A stretch of DNA of 48,299 bases from Paraspadella gotoi (Eukaryota; Animalia; Chaetognatha). Of the stretch, positions 25,481 through 36,936 are shown one piece after another. Under the pieces are notes generated by a model that was not told the DNA's origin, made no database searches, and saw only the letters and a program-made list of their open reading frames with translations. Numbering within the stretch: position 1 is the first letter of the stretch; each line of letters begins with the position of its first letter. The DNA lies in the NCBI GenBank assembly GCA_051294375.1, contig CM119264.1:6288208-6336506 (forward strand). Reading direction: 5' to 3'. The translations under genes were made by a program, and so were the position numbers.

Positions 25481-25716
25481 CGCGACAATAACGACGATGA
25501 CGTTGACGACGACTCGGGCGTGGCCGCACCAACGTCGCCGCCAGTCGTCGCTCTTAGCGACCGAAGCGAAGGCGTCGCCCACCAGCGCCACCAACAGCCA
25601 AGCGGTCAAAGTCTGAACGAAATCCGCCAGGGGTTCCATGGAGGAATTGAAGTCATCGCGGCGAAGGGAGGAGGGTCTCAGAACGTCCGTCAGGTAGGTG
25701 AGGGAGTAATATGTGC
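25480..25716 (-). CDS. GPCR exon 2, 5' part (ECL1, TM3, TM4)
   Basis: Polypyrimidine tract plus cacag acceptor (plus-strand 25717-25721), then GTYYSLTYLTDV...MEPLADFVQTLTAWLLVALVGDAFASV...WCGHARVVVNVIVVIVA. Phase 1 matches the upstream exon. Degrades into noisy sequence below about 25480. Confidence 0.8.
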
Positions 25717-27287
25717 CTGTGGGTGAGGAGTTGGGGGACGGAGGAGTAAAGGTGAGTTTAGGTAGGTGCGGGAGTAATTTTTGCCTGTCGGATGCAGGCT
25801 TTAAACCACCAAGGACGGTCCAAAGTCAGTGGCAAGATAGCTTATTTATTATATGTATAGTATAGCCTGTCCAAAGTCAGGGGCAAGATAGCTTATTTAT
25901 TAAATGAATGGATAATTTTTATATTGGTTTTACCATTTTCATATTAAATATATTGGTTGTACCAATCTAGTTTCTACCACNNNNNNNNNNNNNNNNNNNN
26001 NNNNNNNNNNNNNNNNNNNNNNNNNNNNNNNNNNNNNNNNNNNNNNNNNNNNNNNNNNNNNNNNNNNNNNNNNNNNNNNNNNNNNNNNNNNNNNNNNNNN
26101 NNNNNNNNNNNNNNNNNNNNNNNNNNNNNNNNNNNNNNNNNNNNNNNNNNNNNNNNNNNNNNNNNNNNNNNNNNNNNNNNNNNNNNNNNNNNNNNNNNNN
26201 NNNNNNATTTAATCGTTTTTTCCTAATTTTGATACTGAAGACATTTTTTTTTTAAATAACAGTGTAAAAGACTGGAAAAAAAGTAAATACTAAACTACAT
26301 ATTGAAATTCAATAAAAACAAAAGACACTAACGTTTAAAATGGAATTATTAATAAATGTTATGAACTAATTCATAAGAAACATCAGAAACTTCAGTATTT
26401 TTCTTAACATGTNNNNNNNNNNCATTAATAAATGTTATTAACTAATTCATAAGAAACATTAGAAACATCAGAGATTCAGAATTTTTCTTAACATGTTTAA
26501 TAAAATTTTATAAGGATATTNNNNNNNNNNNNNNNNNNNNNNNNNNNNNNNNNNNNNNNNNNNNNNNNNNNNNNNNNNNNNNNNNNNNNNNNNNNNNNNN
26601 NNNNNNNNNNNNNNNNNNNNNNNNNNNNNNNNNNNNNNNNNNNNNNNNNNNNNNNNNNNNNNNNNNNNNNNNNNNNNNNNNNNNNNNNNNNNNNNNNNNN
26701 NNNNNNNNNNNNNNNNNNNNNNNNNNNNNNNNNNNNNNNNNNNNNNNNNNNNNNNNNNNNNNNNNNNNNNNNNNNNNNNNNNNNNNNNNNNNNNNNNNNN
26801 NNNNNNNNNNNNNNNNNNNNNNNNNNNNNNNNNNNNNNNNNNNNNNNNNNNNNGGTACTTCATAAATATATCACTCCACGTATATTTATCATTGTAATGT
26901 ATTTCAAATAACGAATTTGTTCTTGAGAGCTCCACTAAAGGGGGAATAGAACGAAAAATTTATCAAAGCTTAATCAAAATNNNNNNNNNNNNNNNNNNNN
27001 NNNNNNNNNNNNNNNNNNNNNNNNNNNNNNNNNNNNNNNNNNNNNNNNNNNNNNNNNNNNNNNNNNNNNNNNNNNNNNNNNNNNNNNNNNNNNNNNNNNN
27101 NNNNNNNNNNNNNNNNNNNNNNNNNNNNNNNNNNNNNNNNNNNNNNNNNNNNNNNNNNNNNNNNNNNNNNNNNNNNNNNNNNNNNNNNNNNNNNNNNNNN
27201 NNNNNNTGTACATGAAGGCGAATCGCAACATATTGGCTATCCCAACGCCCCGTTCCACACCCACCACTCCACCCCCGCTTCACTCAC

Positions 27288-27443
27288 CCCACACGACGAG
27301 GAAGACGATATCGGCGACGGCGAGGACGACGTTGTAGACGATCCGATGCCGCAGCCGCCGCAGAGCCGGCACCAGCGCCGCGTTCAGCAGCACTCCGACC
27401 GCGCAGAGCAGCGTGCCGCCCCAGCCCAGCACCGCCTCGTCGA
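27288..27443 (-). CDS. GPCR exon encoding TM1-TM2 (5' end lost in gap)
   Basis: DEAVLGWGGTLLCAVGVLLNAALVPALRRLRHRIVYNVVLAVADIVFLVVW, with TM1 GxxxN and TM2 LAVAD. Donor gtgagt. This frame is not in the ORF track. Confidence 0.85.
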
Positions 27444-29109
27444 NNNNNNNNNNNNNNNNNNNNNNNNNNNNNNNNNNNNNNNNNNNNNNNNNNNNNNNNN
27501 NNNNNNNNNNNNNNNNNNNNNNNNNNNNNNNNNNNNNNNNNNNNNNNNNNNNNNNNNNNNNNNNNNNNNNNNNNNNNNNNNNNNNNNNNNNNNNNNNNNN
27601 NNNNNNNNNNNNNNNNNNNNNNNNNNNNGGGGGGGGGAAATGTGAAATATGCTAAGGAAAGGATAGAGGGCGATTTGAGCAAGAATTTATGGGTTGTTTG
27701 ATCCGGTTTGGGACGCGGGCATATTAAATGGGTTGGTTGGTGTTCGTCCGCTATATCCGGGTTTTAACTCAAAATTTAATCAGCGTCATTCGAAAGATAG
27801 CGCAAAGACGTTTGACGCTAACGTAGACGCTATAGTCGAAATTTTTTTGGGACGTTGAGATTGTTATTGTGCTAAGCACGAGCACGCACGACGCGTTTTG
27901 ACGGACAAATAGTGGGATAATCCAATCGTACGATGTTCTCCGAAAAGTGGAACTCCAATCGTCATTTTTTTAAAGGGTTAGACGCTCCCACCTGAAAGTG
28001 AGAAAATAATGAAAACCTTAACGAGCGAAAAAAAATGGGAAAGAAAAAAACCAACTGGAAACTCGAAAATGCAAAAAAAGGAATATCCGGATTGAGGAGA
28101 GAGAGAAAAGAGAGAGAGAGAGAGAGCAGAGAGAGAAGAGAGAGAGAGAGAGAGAGCAGAGAGAGAGAAGAGAGAGAAGAGAGAGAGAGGGTAAAAATTG
28201 ACAGTGAAAAGAAGAGGAGAAAGTATTTTTGTCTTGTCACGAACGGCGGCCGAAAAAAAAATTAATTCTATCCCCAAAAAAAAAAAAAAAAAAAAGAAAA
28301 GAAAATATCAGAGTATTGTTTTTGCTTCTTTACGATTTTTTTTCTTTTATTTTTACAACTTCACAATTCGTCGAGAGTTTTTCTGGTTTCGCGTATTCGG
28401 GCCTCGAAGTTTCGGGCTTCGGGTCAATCTCATTAATTCCCAATTTCTCTTTTTTTATGTTTTTCTCTATTTTGTTCTCGCATGAATAACTTTTTTTGGG
28501 TATATTCTGTCTTTTATACGTTTTCGTTCGGACGGTTATTATTGTCAACTGTGAGCGGTTATGTAAATCAATTTACGATTCGGAATTACCTATAATATAA
28601 TATATATATATATCATCATATTATTAGAGATCTACTATAAAATTAAAATCAAAAGGGGCAGGTCTACTTTCAGGTAAAGAAGAATTTTTAAAAAATTTCA
28701 ATTTTATTCAAAATTATTATATTACTACATAATGATAAACAATTTTTTAATCAATCTTGAATTATTTTGATGGATTCTGATAGAGAACAAAAAGTTAAAT
28801 AAAAAATATAATTACAACTTTTAAAAATTCTTACGTTTTCCTGCAAGCTTACTATTGCAAGCTACCTGAATCAGATCTTAAAAATAAAAAAAATCTTAAA
28901 AAATTGTTTAGCCATTCCTATCTATAAATAAATATTAAAAAAATAATATATAGGATATAGAGTCATATTAAATTTTTTTGGTCCATCTTAATTTATGTAT
29001 AAATTTTCATTTGAACAGGTGTTCAATTAAAATTTTTTACCCCACTTACTGGGAGAGGCCACCCCTAATAATATAACTCCACATTTGCTTGTTTCATCAA
29101 AATTCCAAA

Positions 29110-30285
29110 AAATAGTTTTTTTTAAATTTCCAAATAGTTTTTTTAAAATTTCAAATAGTTATCGTCTAATATTTCTTCTCAAAGGCGATAGCAAAACACT
29201 AACGTATACTTCAAGTGTAGAGGTGCCAAATCTGAACTCGAAGAAGAGAAAATTCTAGAACCTTAGTATTTTTTTTTTTCCTTTTAACATCCGAATATAA
29301 AGGACTAGTTGATTGGTTAACCGAGGATATTAAACGATCTATTCCACTCGACCAACCAAATCAAATTACCCACGAAAATGTTACTAGCGTCTAGCAGAAT
29401 TTGACGACCGTACAAATCGTCGAAGCGTCCAATTTCGCAAAATCTCGGTCCCACGACATACATTGACAATGTTACGACCATTGATGAAATACGACTTGGA
29501 AATTATTTCGAAATGTTTCGAAACAAAAAGAATTTACATTTATTTAATCCGTTTAGACGCTCATTTCCGTTTAGAAAAAAAAAACATAGAGACTCCAAAT
29601 GAAAGGGAAGACAGAGAAGAGAAGAGAGAGAGAGAGAGAAGAGCAGAGAGAGAGAGAGAGAGAGACGAGAGGAGAGAGAGAGAGAGAGAGAGAAGAGAGA
29701 GAGAGACGAAGCACAGGGACAACAGTCAACGACGCAAAGCGGAAATTCATCTGCGTCTCTTTCCTTAGCCATTTTTTNNNNNNNNNNNNNNNNNNNNNNN
29801 NNGCATTTCCAAAATAGTTTTTTTAAAATTTCAAATAGTTATCGTCTAATATTTCTTCTCAAAGGCCGATTGCAAAACACTAACGTATACTTCAAGTGTA
29901 GAGGTGCCAAATCTGAACTCGAAGAAGAGAAAATTCTGAACTTAGTATTTTTTTTTTCCTTTTAACATCCGAATATAAAGGACTAGTTGATTGGTTAACC
30001 GAGGATATTAAACGATCTATTCCACTCGACCAACCAAATCAAATTACCACGAAAAATGTTACTAGCGTCTAGAGAATTTTACGACCGTACAAATCGTCGA
30101 AGCGTCCATTTCGCAAAATCTCGGTCCCACGACATACATTGAACAATGTTACAACCATTGAGAAATACGACTTGGAAATTATTTCGAAAGTGTTTCGAAA
30201 CAAAAAGAATTTACATTTATTTTATCCGTTTAGACGCTCATTTCCGTTTAGAAAAAAAAAACATAGAGACTCCAAATGAAAGGGA

Positions 30286-30343
<58 letters not shown>

Positions 30344-30347
30344 GAGA

Positions 30348-30386
<39 letters not shown>

Positions 30387-30460
30387 GAAGCACAGGGACA
30401 ACAGTCAACGACGCAAAGCGAAATTCATCTGCGTCTCTTTCCTTAGCCATTTTTTTTTCT
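29110..30460. repeat. Near-identical ~660 bp direct duplication (29110-29777 / 29803-30460) across an N gap; likely unmerged haplotype overlap
   Basis: Same sequence on both sides of the 29778-29802 gap, with a few SNPs/indels and different (GA)n structure. Confidence 0.85.
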
Positions 30461-30500
30461 TTCTTTCTTTCTTTCTTTCTTTCTCTTCTTTCTTCTTTCT

Positions 30501-30557
<57 letters not shown>

Positions 30558-30577
30558 TTTTCTTTCTTTCTTTCTTT
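30455..30577. repeat. (TTTC)n microsatellite
   Basis: Direct reading. Confidence 0.9.
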
Positions 30578-32545
30578 CCCTCCCGCCAAGAGGAGAGGAG
30601 GGAAAGACAAACACGAAAAATTCCATGAGCCGAACCGGAAAGAGGGAGTTGGGTTTGAGAGTGGTTGATGTTGGAGTGGTTTTTGGTGAGGTCAAGGTAA
30701 CGATGATTATGATTGATGAAATTAAAGTAATATTTAAAATTATACGCTTGTTGGTGACTGTTTGTTAATTAGAGTCAAAATGAATTAAACCAAAGCGGAG
30801 GTGGGGGCGGATGGTTGAGTCAAAAATGAAAACTAATATGGTGGAAAGAGTGACCGCATGGGGTGGAAATCCTCCCAAGATGGTAGAGAGTGTCGCAGCT
30901 GGAAAAAAAATAATCTAAAAATTTTAGGGATGATCTTAAAATTTAGGGGCGATCTCGAAAACGGTGGAAAGACGACGGATGATCTCAAGACTTGATTCAA
31001 CGTCATTGCCAAATAAAAGTTGTACTGGCTTCACAAGTTATGCGGTTATTTTTTGCACTATAATTTGTTTGTTTATAAATGTATGAGATATGCTCCCTAC
31101 TTCTCAATTTCCGGTTAAAAAGAAAAACAAAATTAAAAAAAAAAGAAAGATAAATCTCGCGGATTCTCTAACCTCTGCCTTTCCAATCGAAGCTTTCTTC
31201 GGCAGAGTCATCATTTTCAAAACTTTGAAACGTTTGCTCTCGATCTTTCTACGATTAACTCTTTTCCTGTCTCTGATTGACCATTACTCTTGCTTCCACG
31301 CACTATCATTTGCTTTCCGTCTGTAATCCTATTCTCACTTTAAACTTCGTCTCACTCTCTCAATTCTTCTTCACATTTGTTAAAACATAGCTAGACTTTC
31401 TCTTTCCCTAGTTTCGGTTACCCGTTGGGTCTCTACAGATTGTATTCTACCGAGGGACATGATAATCTTTGTCAAAAAAAAAATGATATCGCGTGACTCC
31501 GGAATTCCGAGGAAAACGACTCTGCCGATGCCTCGTCGTCGTCGTCTTTTTCGTTGTTGTTTTGGCTGCACTCGTCTTCAACAACGAAGCCGCCGTGGCC
31601 GAGTCGGTTCGGGGGACGGCAGACGCGTCGTTGCCCGGAGGGATCGTGGCATCGAAGATCCACGGATGGAACTTTCCTTGTCTGCATTTTGGTATTTTTT
31701 CCATCATTTTTTTCTTTGCCTTTCCTCCCAATTTTACTGACCCGGTTAACTCGATGTTTACCCAGACTGACTGACCTTTATTCCCGTCTCGCGTTTCAAT
31801 CAAGATGCGCTGATAAAAAGTGTCTGCACGGACGGATGGACATTTGGACAGGCGCACGGAAGAATGGGAAGGGAGATGAGGAAGACGATCTTTCTACGCT
31901 GAATCTTTTATTTGTTAAAACGAATTCGATCTTTTTGATCTAATATTCAAATACTGTAAAAGTCGTTGTCCTCTTAATAGCAATCTTCTATCCTTTCCAC
32001 TATTTTTTTACTTCCTGAAACCTGACTGCTTATACTGTCGACTTTATACTCTGGGCGTTTAAATGGCCCTGCACTGCTTCATTCGAAAATATTTATTTTT
32101 GTTTTAAAACGTTGTTTTGTTGAGTTGACGAAAATCCAAACACGTTTTCCGAATTGAACGGTTACATCACGTACGCCCTTCGCCGAAAAGATGGCAGGAT
32201 GGTAAAACGAGAGTCTGATTGGCGGGAAGATGAGACGATGAAATATTGAGATAGCTACATGACCTACTAGCATCGAGAAAAAAAAAATATCGGAGACAAG
32301 AAGAGAAACTTGTTTCGTCTCTTCATCAATTTCGTTTGAAAAGAAAAATTTAATAAAACGCAATATGAACATTTTGAATAAATTTTGTTTTATATCCTTC
32401 ACTCGATAGCGTTTTCACAGTTAACTAACTCGTTTACTATCATAATGCTTCAAGAGGTGTTCATTTGCTTTACCCACTATTATTTCTCCATTTTCCGTCA
32501 GATGACAGAGCCATCGCCCTCTTTCCATATGTCTTTTGTTTACGC

Positions 32546-32560
32546 GTCTCCCTTAGTAAC
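32546..32560 (+). promoter_or_regulatory. Candidate RFX X-box upstream of IFT57
   Basis: GTCTCC-CTT-AGTAAC resembles GTNRCC(N0-3)RGYAAC with one mismatch. It lies about 480 bp upstream of the ATG of a ciliary gene. Confidence 0.35.
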
Positions 32561-33040
32561 AAGAGAAAATATGCGCGGAATCGAATTTTTCGTTCGGACG
32601 TTTACCCTTTTCTACTGCGCGCGCTTAAATCGAAGCGCGTTCGTAGTTCTAGCCTTTAGCGCGTTATAAATCCATTCTTTTTTGTTTTTATCCAACATTC
32701 GTTTATCGATTTATCTGCTTCTCTCTCTCGTTGTAATTTTTCGATTACGAATCTAGAGACAATTTCTGCCGCGGCCAACTTCGACCCGATCTCGACTCTC
32801 ACGCGTCAAAACCTCTGATCTCGACTTTTTAAGTTCATTTTTATCACGAAAACGGTTGAGAAATTTAAACTTCATTTCTTAGAAGACAAACTGACAAAGA
32901 ATACCTAATAAAAGAGTATTTAACAACGTTAACCAAATAAAAGAAGAATTATCAAATCGCATCGTCGAATGTCGCCAAAAATGGCGTCACAAATGACGCC
33001 GCGGTTGGCGTGAGATTTCGCGCCACGTGGCGGCCGAAGA

Positions 33041-35152
33041 ATGCCGAGCGGCGCCACGGATGGGATGGGCGAACACACGGACGGACTCGAATTGGACGAC
33101 GTCCCGACTTCCGCTTCCCGGGTGAGGTTTCTAGAGAGAGATGGATGGAAAAGGAGAAGTGTTACCGATAGATTTAGTTTTAATTAATTTTAAATATTTT
33201 AATATATTTTTTAACTTGGTATTACTTTGATTTTTCTTATTCATTTCTTAATATTGTCCCCAATACATATTATAACAACCAATACACGACCTTGTTCCTC
33301 TCCCAACAGGACGGGCGAAAGTCCTACGCGGCGGCGGCTAGAGCGGGCAGCGTGATCGTCGCTCGGACAGACACTCGGACAAACGGCGGACAAAAAGTCC
33401 GACGACGCCGACGACGCCAAGGCCAACCTTTCGCAAAACAACGACGAGGAAAAGGCCGACCCCAAGAAGGTCGTTGTTGCGATATGGACATTTGACATGT
33501 CGTTTTTGTTGTTGTTGTTCTGAACGCCGCCATATTTTCCACCCTCCAGCACGGCAAAGGCGAGTCGGAAGAAGCGGACCTACGCGCCGCCGCCGAGAGT
33601 CCAGGATGGTCTTACATGGCGATGGTCACCAACGAACATCTCCTCGATAAATTGAAGGTGAAGCGATCGAAGCGACGCATTCTGATTGGTTCGATCGTAA
33701 GGATTTAGCCAATCACGATCCAAGCGATGGTGCCTTAGAAATTTCTGCAAACGTGATATATATGATATTTTATAAAATATCCTGCTTCCCGTGAACTGAG
33801 AGATGGAAGGTTTTTTGGTTATTCAAAAATTAAAAAAAAAAAAACGTTTTAAAATAGATGTCATATTTCGCTCACGCCCCCATTTAGATACCGCGTCACT
33901 ATGTCACAATCTTTCTCTCTTCACTCTTTCGTCCACCTTTCTATTTATCCTCTCTCTCTAAATCCCCCTCTCTTTTGAGTCAACCTCCCATCTCACCCAC
34001 TCCTCTTTCTTCAACCCCCCCCTCTCCACACAATCCAGATACTCAACTACGAGACGGACCTCGCGCCCCTCATGAAGTCCTCCGGGTTCAAGGGTCTCCC
34101 GCGTCACTATTTCGCCGTTGCCTCGCAACCGGGACAACAGTTCTTCCTCTTCGTCTCAGTTGCCGCCTGGCTCATCAGACAGACGGGCAGGCGGATGAAT
34201 ATGCCCGAGGTCAGGGCGGGATAGGAGGGTGGCATTTTGGTTGGCGAATGGAGTCGGATGTGTGCTTGGAATTAATTGTTAGATTCGTATCGACCGATTT
34301 GTTAATGCATGGGTTAATTTTGGTTTTACCGTGGAACCTTTGATAATTTACGAAAGAAAGGATTCGGTTCAAACTTTATCCTTTTGTTTCTACCTCGCTC
34401 ATCCCTTTTCCATATTCCATTGATGCCCCCCCTCCATCCAGGAATCGGAAGACCCCAACTCCCTCATTGCCACGATCCTCGACCATCTGCGCAAATTGTC
34501 GAAACCCGTGGATTTCCCGCCGAACAAGCTGAAGGCGGGGAGCGGAGAACATGTCCTGGTTGTGCTGGACCGGCTCGCCGACGAGGCCCTAATGCACGGA
34601 CACTTCAACTGGGAGAAGGTTGGGTGTTTGGGGTTGAAGCCGGAAAATATGGGTTGAGGTGGGAAATTAAATAAAATAAATTAAAATATGTTAAATGTTG
34701 ACCAACATGTAAGCTTTGGGAAAAAAAATAATTTTAATTACATAAATATATTCCATAAAAAATAATTCACTAATTGTAGAAGTAGATTCAAAGGTTAAAG
34801 ACCAAAATTATTTCTTTTTACGAATTACTACAATATGTAAACGAGATTTATTACCTCAATCAAATTTAGTGTAGAATAAAAAGTTTCTTTCTCTTGGGTG
34901 GAATCGACCTAGACACAATTGAGAAGCAATCTAAACCGTCAAGCCCATCTCCATGACCCCTTCGCCCCTCCGACCTCCAAACCCCCGCCAGCCCAAGTAT
35001 CCCTCAGAGGCGCCGGACGACGAGGAGATCGTGGAAGATGACCCCGAGATCGACCTCAACAACTTGGAGCAGGACGTCGACGGATTCGGACACGACGTCG
35101 ACGACGACGAAGGCCTCATCGATTTGGAGGCCTTGAAGTTGCAACAGGTTAG

Positions 35153-35200
<48 letters not shown>

Positions 35201-36562
35201 AACCCTCATACGCTCCATCCTTCAGGACTCGAAAGAGACTGAAGGTTCAAAGTTGGACGAGATCATGGAATCGACGGTCGACAGTCACGCGTGGAAGATG
35301 GAGTTGGAGAGGGTGCTCCCTACCCTCAAACTCACCCTCAAGTTGGACGGCAAGGTGAGTGAGTGTGTGAGAAAGAAGATTCAACATCATCCTGCTATCT
35401 AATCCATTGGTGTCGTTCTCGATACCAGGACTGGCGAACCCACATCGACCAAATGCACAACAATCAAGATGCGATCAACAAATATCTGTCCGAGACTTCG
35501 GGTGAGGGAAACAATCCGCAGTACCACTTCAATGTCATTGAACGACTTGAAAACCTCTCTACTGGCTCCCTTCCATTTTCATCTTTTCATTCTCTCCTCC
35601 CTTCCTCTTCTTCCTAACAAAATTTGACGTCCCTCTTTCCTTCTCCTTTTCTTCCGCATTTTCCTCCAAGCCCACCTGTCCAAGCTGTCCGAGGACATCA
35701 ACAAAACCCTGGAGAAAATCAACTCGCGCGAGAAATATGTTAACCAGTCGTTGGAGCACACCTTGCTCTCCTTCCGGCAACTGCAGGACCGACTCGCCGA
35801 GAAGCGGGAGACCGAGAAAACGGAGTCGGCGGCGCTGGACGGCCTCTCCGTCCGGTTGGCCGGAATCTCCAACGATCTCGGTGATTCGATCGGGATGATT
35901 GATTGGCGGAATCGGTTTCTTCGTTTAGTTGATTAACTAAAATCCTGAACAAATCACTATGTAGTATGAACTTCTCAGTTTGTTTTCTCATTTCCTTAAT
36001 ATATATTTTTTATTTAATAACGATTTACAATAAGCGATAAGTGGAACTAAAATTCCAGTAATTCCAGTAATTAAAAGACAACAATGACGTAAAGACAAAA
36101 TTTTGAAAATAAAACGGTTAAAATTTAAGTTAATGAGAGCCCACGAAATTAAATAAACAATCAGTAAATAAATTAGTTATAAGAAAAGTAATATTTCGGT
36201 TTTAAAAAAAAATTATTATTTAAATATTTAAATAATTAAATAATCCAAGGCAATTCTCTGTTGGAGTTCTTGACTACTTCCTATTGTTTTTTCTTTTGAA
36301 TCCTTACTCCTTCTCCCCCTCCCCCCTTACATCCACAGAGAAAGTGAAACAAGAGATGGAGGAAAAGGGCGCGAACATGACCGACGGGCAACCGCTCGTC
36401 AAGATCAAACAGGCTCACGCCAAACTGAAGAAGGAGATCGTGGAGATGGACATTCGTCTCGGAGTCTTGGATCACCTCCTCATCGCCAAGAAGCTGCGGG
36501 AGCGGCGCGACCTGCAGCGGCTGACGGGCAGCGCCGAGCGGCTCGACGAGACGTCCGTTTGA
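33041..36562 (+). CDS. IFT57: Intraflagellar transport protein 57 (IFT-B subunit, Hippi/CHE-13). Exons 33041-33121, (33310-33469?), 33550-33657, 34039-34209, 34442-34618, 34992-35147, 35226-35354, 35429-35501, 35671-35880, 36339-36562
   Basis: The spliced translation contains SPGWSYM...LLDKLKILNYE, PRHYFAVASQPGQQFFLFVSVAAWLI, EDPNSLIATILDHLR, DFPPNKLKAGSGEHV, an acidic linker, WKMELERVLPTLK, KDWRTHIDQM, TLEKINSREKYVN and VKQEMEEKGANMTDGQPLVKIKQ, all hallmark IFT57 motifs. Splice phases are consistent from exon 3 on. The start and exon 2 are uncertain. Confidence 0.95.
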
Positions 36563-36836
36563 AAGGGGGGCGCAGGTCTGAGAAGGATGGGTTGGGCGGT
36601 GGAGGAGGACGAGGAGGTGGTTGTGGTTGTGGGAACGACGAAGCGGAAAGCCGGTTGTCATGGAGATGAGTTTGCTGCAAACGAGGTGAAAACGTTCGTC
36701 TGGCTAACTTTGTACATTTTTTTTTAGACAAAGAAACTTCTCACACTCGACAATGAAATAAATTTTTAAAACGAAACGACTTCTAGCGTTTCTTCGAATA
36801 TGTTTCGTTACACTTTTTTAAAAGCAAATATAATTC

Positions 36837-36936
<100 letters not shown>

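Noticed and set aside
26345-26500. Short direct duplication around the 26413-26422 gap
   Set aside because: It looks like unmerged overlapping contig ends, as at 29110-30460.
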